The notes under the pieces were generated by a model. It made no database searches and was not told the origin of the DNA. It was given only the letters and a program-made list of their open reading frames with translations. From Acidimicrobiia bacterium (lineage in GTDB: Bacteria > Actinomycetota > Acidimicrobiia > Spongiisociales > ZC4RG35), in assembly GCA_965203555.1 (NCBI GenBank), contig CBDBCY010000004.1, forward strand, positions 576,001 through 640,000: 64,000 bases of DNA, in the 5' to 3' direction. Positions 17,450-26,318 of this stretch are shown here, piece after piece; position 1 is the stretch's first letter, and the number at the start of each line of letters is the position of its first letter. The position numbers were made by a program, and so were the translations under genes.

Positions 17450-18967
17450 ATGAACAACAAAGCCACATCACTTTATCGGCCTCACCAGGGCCGCTGGCTG
17501 GCCGGGGTAGCGGCCGGTTTGAGTCTCCGCTTCGGGGCGCCCGTCGCGTTAGTCCGGGTCGCCTTCGTCCTGCTCTGCTTCGCCGGGGGGCTGGGCGCTC
17601 TCCTGTACCTGGCGGGCTGGCTGCTGATCCCGAGTGAGGGCGAGACCGATTCGATCGTGCAGGGATGGTTGGATACCGACCAGGCCCGACGGTGGGTCGG
17701 TGTAGTTCTCGTCGGGCTCGCCGTCATCATCCTGGGAAGTGCAACAGGGCTCATCAGGGGCGACCTGGCCTTCGCAGTGGTGCTGATCGGCATCGGGGTA
17801 ATGCTCTACCGCGGAGATCTCGGCCGTGGAGACCGCCGACCCGAGACACCGCAGGCGACCAACCGGGAGACATCCCCTGAAGGAGCGGCCGCGGCGGCGG
17901 CTGTTCCTCCGGCTCCGGCAGCGACACCCGCACCGCCCAAGGAGCGATCGTACCTCGGCAGGGTATGCGTGGGAATCGCCGTGATTGCGTTGGGCGTGAT
18001 GGGACTGTTCGATGAGGTCATTGTGGGTTTCCGTCCCGAGTTCCACCATTACGTGGCCTTGGCGGTCGGCGTGATCGGCGTCGGCGTGGTGGTAGGCGCC
18101 TGGTTCGGCCGACCCGCCGGTCTGGTTATTCTCGGCGTCTTCCTGTTACCGGTCCTGCTCCTCTCGCGGCTGGTGGCGGTGGGAGGAGTGGACCTTATGT
18201 CATTCGAGTTCACATCTGTCGGGAGTGTCCTGCACCGGCCGGGGTCGGTAGAGGAGATCCGGGAAGAGTACGAGTTGGAGGTGGGCGGGCTGACCATCGA
18301 TCTTCGGGATGTCGACTTCGCAGAACGGACGGTTTCGGTGGAGACACAGGTAGGGATCGGTTCGGTTCTGGTCCGACTCCCCGAGGACGTGGCCGCCGAA
18401 GTGAGTGGCCAGGTCGGCATGGGAACTCTGCAGGTGGGCGACCTGGACCGTGACGGAGTCGGGGTGGAGGCCGACGTTCGCATGGAAGGGTCGGCGGGCA
18501 CGCTGTTGCTCGACGCACATGTCGGCATAGGCGAAATCGAAGTGAGAGCCTGGCCGGTGGACGACCGCTCGCCCCTACCGGATCGCCGAGGAGGAAACTC
18601 TCGAAGAGGAATACCGGATGAGGAAGCTCTCGAAGAGGAATACCGGATCCGGGACGGGGCAGACCTTCAAGATGAGTACACGCTGGCTACCGGTTCCCTT
18701 CGGCTCGACCTCGGGAGGCTGGTCCTCGAAGATGCCCGGCGGGTTCCCATCAATGTGGGCCGTGGCGAGGTGTGGGTGACCGTTCCACCTGACGTAAGCC
18801 TGTGGATCGCCACCCAGGTGGACCGCGGGCGCCTCACAATGTTCGACGATGTATGGGAAGGGTCCAATCTGAAGTCAACGTATTCAACCCAAATCTCAGG
18901 CGCTCCCCGCCTTACGCTGGACATCCGTCTCGGTGAGGGGAGCCTGACCGTGGAGGAGGCACGATGA
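17450..18967 (+). CDS. PspC-domain membrane protein with two C-terminal LiaF/DUF2154-like beta domains
   Basis: LYRPHQGRWLAGVAAGL (PspC), TM segments, EYELEVGGLTIDL and EYTLATGSLRLDL repeats. Confidence 0.85.
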   Translation: MNNKATSLYRPHQGRWLAGVAAGLSLRFGAPVALVRVAFVLLCFAGGLGALLYLAGWLLIPSEGETDSIVQGWLDTDQARRWVGVVLVGLAVIILGSATGLIRGDLAFAVVLIGIGVMLYRGDLGRGDRRPETPQATNRETSPEGAAAAAAVPPAPAATPAPPKERSYLGRVCVGIAVIALGVMGLFDEVIVGFRPEFHHYVALAVGVIGVGVVVGAWFGRPAGLVILGVFLLPVLLLSRLVAVGGVDLMSFEFTSVGSVLHRPGSVEEIREEYELEVGGLTIDLRDVDFAERTVSVETQVGIGSVLVRLPEDVAAEVSGQVGMGTLQVGDLDRDGVGVEADVRMEGSAGTLLLDAHVGIGEIEVRAWPVDDRSPLPDRRGGNSRRGIPDEEALEEEYRIRDGADLQDEYTLATGSLRLDLGRLVLEDARRVPINVGRGEVWVTVPPDVSLWIATQVDRGRLTMFDDVWEGSNLKSTYSTQISGAPRLTLDIRLGEGSLTVEEAR

Positions 18968-19230
18968 AACGCCACCCGTTCAATATTTTTTCACTGATAT
19001 TCGGAATCGCACTGATCCTAACCGCCGCCTGGGCGGCCTGGATCGCCTTCCCCGCCCCGCGATGGTTCTACCACACCTCCGACTGGTTGCTCCCCGCGGC
19101 GGCGATCCTGGTCGGAGCGGCGCTCTTGAGTCCCCTGTTCACACCCACGAAGGGCGAGAAGACCTCTGGGAACGGGAGCGAAGGCGACGCTCCGGAGGAA
19201 ACTACCGACACGCCTCCGGGCCACCCGTAG
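18964..19230 (+). CDS. small membrane protein of the psp operon
   Basis: ATGA overlap, GGAGG RBS, MKRHPFNIFSLIFG with two TM helices. Confidence 0.75.
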   Translation: MKRHPFNIFSLIFGIALILTAAWAAWIAFPAPRWFYHTSDWLLPAAAILVGAALLSPLFTPTKGEKTSGNGSEGDAPEETTDTPPGHP

Positions 19231-19480
19231 CCTCTGAGACGCATTTGACATGGCCGATGGCGCCGGCAACCCCAACCCGGTTCGGGGCTGGTAAATCACT
19301 CTGACCACAGAACCCAGTGCACCTATTTGGGGTTACCGAGGAAGCTCCACCGGGCGGGGATGCTCAAATCATGGCGGTGTTGCTGTTTCGTTCTGAAGCG
19401 CAGGTTTGAAGGCCGAAGACCCCGCACCGGCCGCTCGGACTGGAGGGATCTGCCGCCGGGAGTCTTCCATGATCCCGGTC

Positions 19481-19552
19481 GTCGAGCCGGTGGGACTCGA
19501 AATACCGTGGAGGGCCACGACCCTCCGGTGGGTTCGAATCCCATTCCCCCGC
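19481..19552 (+). pseudogene. tRNA-Ser(CGA)-like remnant / att-like junction
   Basis: CTCGAAA loop, long variable arm GGAGGG-CCACGA-CCCTCC and T-arm GTGGG-TTCGAAT-CCCAT; no valid D-arm or acceptor 5' strand. Confidence 0.55.
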
Positions 19553-19722
19553 GTTGATCCTCCGCTGAATCACCCATCCCCGAGACAGCGATTCGCCTGG
19601 TTGGGGAGACTCAAGAGGTCAGTTGACTTGGTTGCCCAAACTCTGCAGCAAGACGAAACCGAGATGATTCTCATTGTCAGGCCCTCCTTTTCCACAGGAA
19701 GAAGGGACACATGGCGGGCTGG

Positions 19723-19992
19723 TCAGGACGGACTCTCCAGCGACAGGTCCGCTTCGAGCAGGTCGAGCAGTTTGCTCAAGGTCCGCCCGCCCACAGTCAG
19801 GACCTGGTGAACGTTTTCCAGGCTTTGCCAGTGGCCGTCGATAAGGAAGTAGATGGTTCCGTCGAGGCGTTTGACCTGCGGTTCGGTCGCGTCGTACAGG
19901 CGGAGAGCCGTGGCAACGCAGTCGATTATCTCGGCGGCTCGGTACAACCGGCCCTGCAGGTTTCGGTACACGGCGAGGTCGGTATGGTGCAT
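19723..19992 (-). CDS. hypothetical protein
   Basis: 89 aa from MHHTDL with a GGGAGA RBS; protein-like helical composition. Confidence 0.55.
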   Translation of the reverse strand: MHHTDLAVYRNLQGRLYRAAEIIDCVATALRLYDATEPQVKRLDGTIYFLIDGHWQSLENVHQVLTVGGRTLSKLLDLLEADLSLESPS

Positions 19993-20523
19993 TACTTTCT
20001 CCCTTTCTGGTCGTCTTTGCTGGTGCGGTGGATAAAGGGGAGTGCCAGCCCGACGGTGAACAGAAGACATGACCCGTTGGCTGCTTCGAAGGTGGTGCGG
20101 TTCATCACTGTCCTCACCAGGGTGATGATACAAAACGCTTCAGACGACTTGTGGGTTTTACTCCCATCGGATTTCTCCCTCGTTCCGGGATGTTGGAGTA
20201 TGGGTGCGCACTCACCAAGCCCCACCACTCCCCCATGCCCTCAAACCGCAATCGAAACTGTGACATCCCCTATATCACAGTTGGTCGCAAGACGCCCGTC
20301 AAGTCCTTTGGGAAAACACGGCTTACCACCGGGACGGGCTGCCTTGCGGACTTCAACGGTTAAAGTGAGCAGCGTTCGGGTTTTACCGGAAATCCGCCAG
20401 CCACAGCTTTTGAGATAGTCAAGACGCAACATGGCACGGCACCCTATGAATAGCGGTTGCGCCTATGTCGGCGGAGATCGAGTTGCTGCCTTTGCACTCT
20501 ATCGTGGATAATCGGACCGGCTC

Positions 20524-20913
20524 TCATCGACCGTTTTCGCCGCTGAGGTAGGCGATCCATGTCTCTGTGTTCCATGTCGGCACGCAAAGCACTACCCGCT
20601 CGCCTTCCCCGGGTGGGGTTAATCTCTGATCCCCGCATGCTGCAGCCAGGGAAGACATGCGACCATGGTGGCCCACTTGGTCGCCGTCGATCATGACGAT
20701 CAGATGCACCTCTTCGCGGCCTTTCGCGCGCAAGGCCCGCAACTCCTTTGGAAATCTGTTCCGTACAAGGCTCTCGGCTGACCCTTTACCTGGAGGCGAG
20801 GGCTGCCATCGAAGGTCCCGTTGGTTCAAACCAGTTCTCCTGAGAAAGCGCCTGATAAAGGCTCCGTGCCGGCGATCTTCGTAGAGAACGACGCCACGAA
20901 CTGTGTAGCTCAC
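20524..20913 (-). CDS. TOPRIM/DUF4276-like partner of an AAA ATPase, probably truncated
   Basis: VVLYEDRRH..., LIVMIDGD, VPTWNTETWIAYL; GTGA overlap with the upstream ATPase remnant. Confidence 0.55.
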   Translation of the reverse strand: MSYTVRGVVLYEDRRHGAFIRRFLRRTGLNQRDLRWQPSPPGKGSAESLVRNRFPKELRALRAKGREEVHLIVMIDGDQVGHHGRMSSLAAACGDQRLTPPGEGERVVLCVPTWNTETWIAYLSGENGR

Positions 20914-21215
20914 GCCAACCAGCCTCGGGCCATCACTTCGGAGAGCTTGAGACCTTCGGTGGATATGACGGAAGTGAGTGGTCGGATCGTAGTGACCGAA
21001 GAGACTCTATTTGAATAATGCTCCGCTTTCAGGCCCCAGATTGCTATATGACGAGCCTGTAGGTAAAAGACTCTTCACCCACCTTGGCATCGAGTCGAAG
21101 GCCTGATGAGGCTGGGACTGCCACCGGGTGAGGGTGGAGAGATGAAAGGCCTCGGGGTCGGTGATCTTGATCTCGCCAGCCAGCAGTTTGCGTAGTCCGA
21201 ACATCACTGGGCGCC
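20910..21215 (-). pseudogene. AAA/AbiEii-type ATPase remnant (frameshifted, internally deleted)
   Basis: Fragments LRKLLAGE...STLTRWQS, LDAKVGEESFTYRLVI* and C-terminal GLKLSEVMARGWLA*, broken by a frameshift and a stop. Confidence 0.55.
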
Positions 21216-21330
21216 TCGTTCCGATCTGGACGTCTGTCCTTAAAAGTCAAGGTCCGCGCGGCACGAGTGGAGTGGGACGATCCCAATATCCCGGAGGGCA
21301 AGGGGGTTCCGCGACCGGCGAGTCCGGTGG

Positions 21331-22521
21331 TCAGGCTCCCCTTGCCGCCCCGGCCACCTTTCTGATGTCTGTCTTGCTTGTGGCTCGTCGTGGCATCCAA
21401 CTAATCACCTTCTTGAATCCTTCGTTGAGCAAGAAGAAAGTCGTGAGAGAATAAAGAGCCACCATGAACGCCACTATCAACAGCCGGGCGGTATTGGTTT
21501 CCTGCACTGCCCGGTCGGCCAGGTATCCCAGTCCGGCGGAGAAACCCAGGAACTCGGCGACAATAGCCAGCGACCAACTCCCTCCCATGGAGAGCAGCAT
21601 GGCCGTGCGCAATTCCGGAATCGACCCCGGCACTATCACCTTGTAATAGGTGTGCAGCCGGGAGGCGCCCAGGGTACGGGCCCTTTCGATGTACAGGTCG
21701 GGCACGTTGGCTACCGCATTCATGGTGGCCACCACCAGGATCGTCCACACTCCGAAAGCTATATAGATGGTGATACCAAAGAAGGTGGAGCCCACGACAA
21801 GCTGTAACCAGGGAGCCGCCACGAGGAGGGGGATCATCCGCAGGAAGTTCATGGGCGCCCACGCGGTCTTGCGCACCCCCGGCCAGTAGGGAAGGGCCAG
21901 ACCGGTCAGGAGACCGAGCGTGACGCCGACCACCATGCCAGACAACAGCCTCAAAAGGGTCACACCGGAGTGATATGCGATTGCAAGGAACACGGCCGGC
22001 CAGGTCGCCTCCCCACCATAGATGGGAAGGGGCGCCAGTCCCTCAAGATTGAAGGTCGCGAACCCAAAGTCCAACATCCGCACGGTCCAGAACCTGGACA
22101 TTCCGAAGAAGGTGTCGCCGAACACGTAGTCCCATCCGGGAACCAGGGGATGCTCGAGAGTTCCCTGAGGCGCCACATAAGACGCCACCTGCCACGCCAC
22201 CAGCAACACCACCCAAGAGACGAAGAAGAGCGGGCTACGGCGCATGCCGGCCCAGAGCATCGGCGGCCCCGCCGCTATCCCCCGTCCCGTCCTGACCAGA
22301 CGGTCCCTGACCCGGGCGGTGCGGAACACAACCGGCCAGATCCAGAACAACACCAACCCGGAACCGATGTATGACCAGGTGACATTGATCACACCCTCAC
22401 CATGCGTCCAGGTAACGAAAGGAAGGCTCTCAGGCAACTGAAAAAGCAACCAGGTAATCAGGACAGTCCAGGTCAGCCATCCAATCCAATAAAGGCTTCG
22501 GAAGCGGGCAGGCTGATTCAA
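21331..22521 (-). CDS. ABC transporter permease (nitrate/sulfonate/taurine type)
   Basis: NFLRMIP, EAA-like IERARTLGASR, AIVAEFLGFSAGLG. Confidence 0.85.
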   Translation of the reverse strand: MNQPARFRSLYWIGWLTWTVLITWLLFQLPESLPFVTWTHGEGVINVTWSYIGSGLVLFWIWPVVFRTARVRDRLVRTGRGIAAGPPMLWAGMRRSPLFFVSWVVLLVAWQVASYVAPQGTLEHPLVPGWDYVFGDTFFGMSRFWTVRMLDFGFATFNLEGLAPLPIYGGEATWPAVFLAIAYHSGVTLLRLLSGMVVGVTLGLLTGLALPYWPGVRKTAWAPMNFLRMIPLLVAAPWLQLVVGSTFFGITIYIAFGVWTILVVATMNAVANVPDLYIERARTLGASRLHTYYKVIVPGSIPELRTAMLLSMGGSWSLAIVAEFLGFSAGLGYLADRAVQETNTARLLIVAFMVALYSLTTFFLLNEGFKKVISWMPRRATSKTDIRKVAGAARGA

Positions 22522-22906
22522 CCCGTCGTCGCCTCCTCCCCGGTCATACCCGAAAGACTGCTGATCTCGTTCTGTTCGCCCTTGGGAAGCTTGTTAGCCG
22601 TGAGACCGAACTCGAGGTTTTCCCGGACACGGGAACACCGAAGCACAGTGTCCTGCTGGAAGACCGATGGCCTGATCACTGGCGGGCCCCATGTCGTCGT
22701 GGCACCTTCGACGCGTCGGCGTAAGGAGGCTGGAGGCCGACCAATACTCTCAACAGGGTGGTCTTGCCAGGCTCTCGCCTCCCCACCACGCACACTCACT
22801 CGCCCGGATCCACAAAAAGACCGACCACCTCGAGGACACGCACCAGATTCCCTGATCGGTGCTCGAACACAAACCACAGGTTCTTAAACCTCATAACAGC
22901 TGACAT
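22518..22906 (-). pseudogene. ABC transporter ATP-binding subunit pseudogene
   Basis: MSAVMRFKNLWF...VDPGE*VCVVGRREPGKTTLLR (in-frame stop, degenerate Walker A), then frameshifted VFQQD...VRENLEFGL; C-terminal half missing. Confidence 0.8.
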
Positions 22907-22919
22907 AGTTTTTCCTTGC

Positions 22920-23870
22920 TTACAAACTCAGTTGGCGACCGGCCTCGGACCATTTGGTGAAGACACGTATTACCAGTACCAGGATCCCGTCGACTGCCGC
23001 AGCCAGCACGGCGAAGAAGAGAATCAGGGAGACGACCGCGGTCGGACCCTCCGGGAGGCCCATCACGTAGCTCCACATCCGGATCAAAAACCCTCCTCCC
23101 ATCTGTGGTCCCAGCACCTCCACCAGCGTCCCCAAACCCCATGCTCCTCCCAAAGCGACCCGAAAACCTCCCGCGATCTCCGGAATCGTTCCCCGCAGAT
23201 AAACCCATCGGAAAATGGTGCGGCGGTCTCCCCCCAGGGTGAGGGCTGATTCAATGATTGCCACCGGTATATTTTCGGCCGCCCGGCGGCTGAAAAAGTA
23301 CATGAGAAGGGTGGTATAGAAGGCAACAACCCCAATAGTGGTCAACAGGGGATACTCGATCCCGAACCAGATCACGAAGAAAGGCGCCGCGATAAAGATT
23401 GGGGTAGTCCCAAAGAAACCTGCTACCGGTGTCACCACATCGGCGATCCACGGCAAGAGCAGGCTGCTCAGCCCAATCCCCAAGCCGATGAACGTCCCCA
23501 GCGCAACTGCGATCAGGATATTGCGGATGGTATGCACCAGGTGGAAAATGTACCCAAAACAGTGTTCGGGGAGAGCGGACATCCTACCCCTTTTGAACTC
23601 CAACTGAGCCGCCAGATCCGGACAGGCGTGAACAAACCGCTTCATCATCGGCTCACTGAAAAACAGGTTCTCCCAAAAGTGGGTGACTGCGTCGATCGGC
23701 TCCGGGATGAGAGAGAATAGAGGCGAGAACGGTGCGGCTAACAGCTGCCAGAGCAGCAGAAAGAGCAGTGTCCCCCCAACCAGATAGATGACGTAGGAAA
23801 CTTGGCGGCGGCGCCTGTTTCGGCGCGCCGCCGCTCTTACTTCAAGAACATCCGTGCCTGTCGTGGTCAC
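22920..23870 (-). CDS. ABC transporter permease (nitrate/sulfonate/taurine type)
   Basis: APFFVIWFG, IESALTLGGDR, GFRVALGGAW; GTG after GAGGT. Confidence 0.85.
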   Translation of the reverse strand: MTTTGTDVLEVRAAARRNRRRRQVSYVIYLVGGTLLFLLLWQLLAAPFSPLFSLIPEPIDAVTHFWENLFFSEPMMKRFVHACPDLAAQLEFKRGRMSALPEHCFGYIFHLVHTIRNILIAVALGTFIGLGIGLSSLLLPWIADVVTPVAGFFGTTPIFIAAPFFVIWFGIEYPLLTTIGVVAFYTTLLMYFFSRRAAENIPVAIIESALTLGGDRRTIFRWVYLRGTIPEIAGGFRVALGGAWGLGTLVEVLGPQMGGGFLIRMWSYVMGLPEGPTAVVSLILFFAVLAAAVDGILVLVIRVFTKWSEAGRQLSL

Positions 23871-24012
23871 TGTACCTCTTCGTCGTCCTCGTGGTCTCTG
23901 GATTCGCCCACAGGACGAAGCGCGGAGCGCGCTCGGCGCCCTTCTATTTTGCCTACCGGACAAACGCTACCGGAAGCCTACCGGATAAGGGCAGCCGGCA
24001 ACCAGGTGAACC

Positions 24013-24195
24013 TCAGATTGTCATGAGGTGGGGGTTGCCACCGGGTGCGATCAACAGGGTGGCAGCGGTGTCGGTGCCAACTCCTCGGGCAGCGCGGAGC
24101 ATCGGGTTCGCCCGGCGCAGAGATGACAGATCTCGGTCAGATCCTCGATCTCTGCGGTGAGTGCTAGGCGGCGGGGCCAAGAACCTCAAGGTTGT
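24013..24195 (-). mobile_element. IS110-family transposase internal fragment
   Basis: (A)LTAEIEDL / RDLSSLRRANPMLRAARGVGTDTAATLLIAPGGNP, resembling the IS110 GVGxxTAA region; frameshifted. Confidence 0.6.
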
Positions 24196-24541
24196 TTGCT
24201 CTTGCGCGGCCTGTGCCTGCCGGTCCGCAACACGGATGCGCCACACGGTTAACGGTATAGCCGCCACACCAATAACCAACACCCCTACATGCCGAAGGGC
24301 CGCGGCATTGGTAACCAGACCACACGAACCCAGCCAGTCCCAGAAGATGACCGCCAAGCCCGCCCACCACTGCGCCAGCGACCGAAATAACAATCCATGC
24401 CCAACGCTGCAAAGGAGTAATGCCTCCCTTCAGGACAGATACTCCGCCTGACTCGCACCAGGCCACCAAATGCCATAGGCCCAGGTAACGCAACCAACGG
24501 TGAGCGGTAAGGTCAACTATTGGAGGGAATATCTGACCCAC
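24196..24541 (-). pseudogene. N-terminal fragment of a membrane protein (pentapeptide-repeat-protein-like N-terminus)
   Basis: Frameshifted hydrophobic segments ...FWDWL...LRHVGVLVIGVAAIPLTVWRIRVADRQAQAAQEQ fused to the IS fragment. Confidence 0.4.
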
Positions 24542-24574
24542 TGTCTTCCCAAGAGAACCAATTGTGGTTCTAGG

Positions 24575-24603
24575 TGCGGTGAATACCGCCTATATTCTCC
24601 TCA
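24575..24603. promoter_or_regulatory. inverted repeat upstream of fic (candidate autoregulatory operator)
   Basis: TGCGGTGAAT-N9-ATTCTCCTCA (8 of 10 complementary), 4 nt before the ATG. Confidence 0.45.
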
Positions 24604-24607
24604 GATA

Positions 24608-25777
24608 ATGCGGCGTTTGTATCTTTATGATCGCCCGGGATGGCCAAACCTTCGGTGGGACTCCGCCCGGATAACCGAACAACTGGCCGCAGTGCGATAT
24701 GCACAGGGTCGGCTGGTTGGTCGGATGGGCGGTCTCGGTTTCGACCTCCAGCAGGAAGCGGTTCTTGAAACCCTGGTCCAAGATGTGCATAAGACCAGCG
24801 ACATCGAGGGGGAGCGTCTTGACCTTCGCCAGGTCCGTTCCTCGGTTGCCAGTCGTCTCGGTATGGACGTCGGCGGCTCGCGTCATGTGGAGGAGCGGGT
24901 GAAGGGCGTTGTTGCGATGATGATGGACGCCACCGCCAACTACGACCAGTCCCTGACCCCACTGCGGCTGTGGGGATGGCAGGCCGCGTTGTTTCCGTCC
25001 GGCCGCAGTGGCCTGGAACGGATCATCGTGGGCGCCTGGCGGGACGACCGCGCCGGACCCACGCAGGTCGTCTCCGGACCCATGGGTCGGGAACGGGTAC
25101 ATTACCACGCGCCTGCCGCCGATCGTCTCGAACACGAGATGGGGCTGTTCCTCGACTGGTTCAACACCGACACGAACACCGATTGGGCGGCCAAAGCCGG
25201 TGTGGCGCATCTGTGGTTCGTTACCATTCACCCCTTCGACGACGGCAACGGGCGTATCGCCAGGGCAATCGCCGACATGGCTCTGGCCCGCTCAGAGAAA
25301 AGTTCACAGCGGTACTACAGCATGTCATCACAAATCCGCACAGAACGCCGCGACTACTACCGCATCCTGGAAACCACCGAAACAGGAACCACAGACATCA
25401 CCGAGTGGATGCTCTGGTTCCTGGGCTGCCTGGGCCGGGCAATCGACACAGCAGAAACCACCCTGGACATGGTGCTCACCAAAGCAACCTTCTGGCGAAA
25501 CGTCCAGACCATCTCCCTCAACAGCCGCCAACGGCAGATACTGAGCCGTCTCCTGGACGGCTTCTACGGGAAACTCACCACCTCCAAATGGGCGAAACTG
25601 GCCAAATGCTCCCAGGACACAGCCCTCCGCGACATCACCGGCCTCATCAACCAAGGAATCCTGGTCCGTGGTCCCGCCGGCGGACGCAGCACCAGCTACG
25701 AACTGGAACCCGACAACCTCCGCGACAAGCCAACCCGTGACCAGCACGTCAGCCCCGGACGGTCGCTGAACCCCTGA
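24608..25777 (+). CDS. Fic family protein (DUF4172-Fic-wHTH)
   Basis: YLYDRPGWPNLRWD, TSDIEGE, canonical HPFDDGNGRIAR, CSQDTALRDI, GGRSTSY. Confidence 0.93.
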   Translation: MRRLYLYDRPGWPNLRWDSARITEQLAAVRYAQGRLVGRMGGLGFDLQQEAVLETLVQDVHKTSDIEGERLDLRQVRSSVASRLGMDVGGSRHVEERVKGVVAMMMDATANYDQSLTPLRLWGWQAALFPSGRSGLERIIVGAWRDDRAGPTQVVSGPMGRERVHYHAPAADRLEHEMGLFLDWFNTDTNTDWAAKAGVAHLWFVTIHPFDDGNGRIARAIADMALARSEKSSQRYYSMSSQIRTERRDYYRILETTETGTTDITEWMLWFLGCLGRAIDTAETTLDMVLTKATFWRNVQTISLNSRQRQILSRLLDGFYGKLTTSKWAKLAKCSQDTALRDITGLINQGILVRGPAGGRSTSYELEPDNLRDKPTRDQHVSPGRSLNP

Positions 25778-25805
25778 CACAACACCAAAGAGCGAAAACA
25801 ACACC

Positions 25806-25854
25806 TGAACCGCTCCGAGCACACCCAAGTCTCCCGGGAAACCCCGGCGATTCA
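25806..25854. mobile_element. IS3-family-like paired terminal inverted repeats with no internal genes (scar)
   Basis: TGAACCGCTCCG...AAGTCTCCCGGGAAACCCCGGCGATTCA; TG...CA ends resembling IS6110-type inverted repeats. Confidence 0.5.
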
Positions 25855-25884
25855 CTCCGATCCATCAGCGATCCCAACAGTTGC

Positions 25885-26130
25885 TGGTTTACGGGGAAGT
25901 GACGGCTGCGAGGAGCTGCTATTTGGCTTTCCGGCGTACAAGAGCGCTCGGGTTCGGTAGTTGGCGAAGCTCCGGAACCCGAACGCTGCTCGTTTGATCC
26001 GCTTGACGAGAATTGTTCAAAGCTTCGGTGGGTCCGTTCGTCACATTGGAACGGTGCCAGCATTCGTGATTTGGGTAGCCCAGCAAGCGATAGTACCCCC
26101 GAGACGGTTCACCTGTTGGAGGAAGCGATC
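25885..26130 (-). mobile_element. ISL3-family transposase C-terminal remnant
   Basis: Frameshifted WHRSNVTNGPTEALNN / VKRIKRAAFGFRSFANYRTRALLYAGKPN. Confidence 0.8.
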
Positions 26131-26244
26131 GGTCCTGATGATGATCGTCATCAGGCAAGGACAGTTGGACGCCCCCCGGGGCGCATCCACCACTACATCA
26201 TCCGGGACGTTCCATACGTGTGGGATTCTTGAACCGATCAGACC

Positions 26245-26318
26245 CGGGACCAACAGACCCGGCCCGGCCCGCTCCGTCACCGCATACGACCACTAACCCC
26301 TTGGAACTAATCATCTGG
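26245..26318 (+). mobile_element. IS982-family right-end remnant
   Basis: TNRPGPARSVTAYDH* followed by CCCCTTGGAACTAATCATCTGG, homologous to positions 40-93. Confidence 0.7.

Noticed and set aside
19330-19555. Intact tRNA-Ser, tRNA-Sec or tmRNA
   Set aside because: No 5' strand pairs with the acceptor end, no D-arm is present, the anticodon is not TCA, and no tmRNA-type ends were found.
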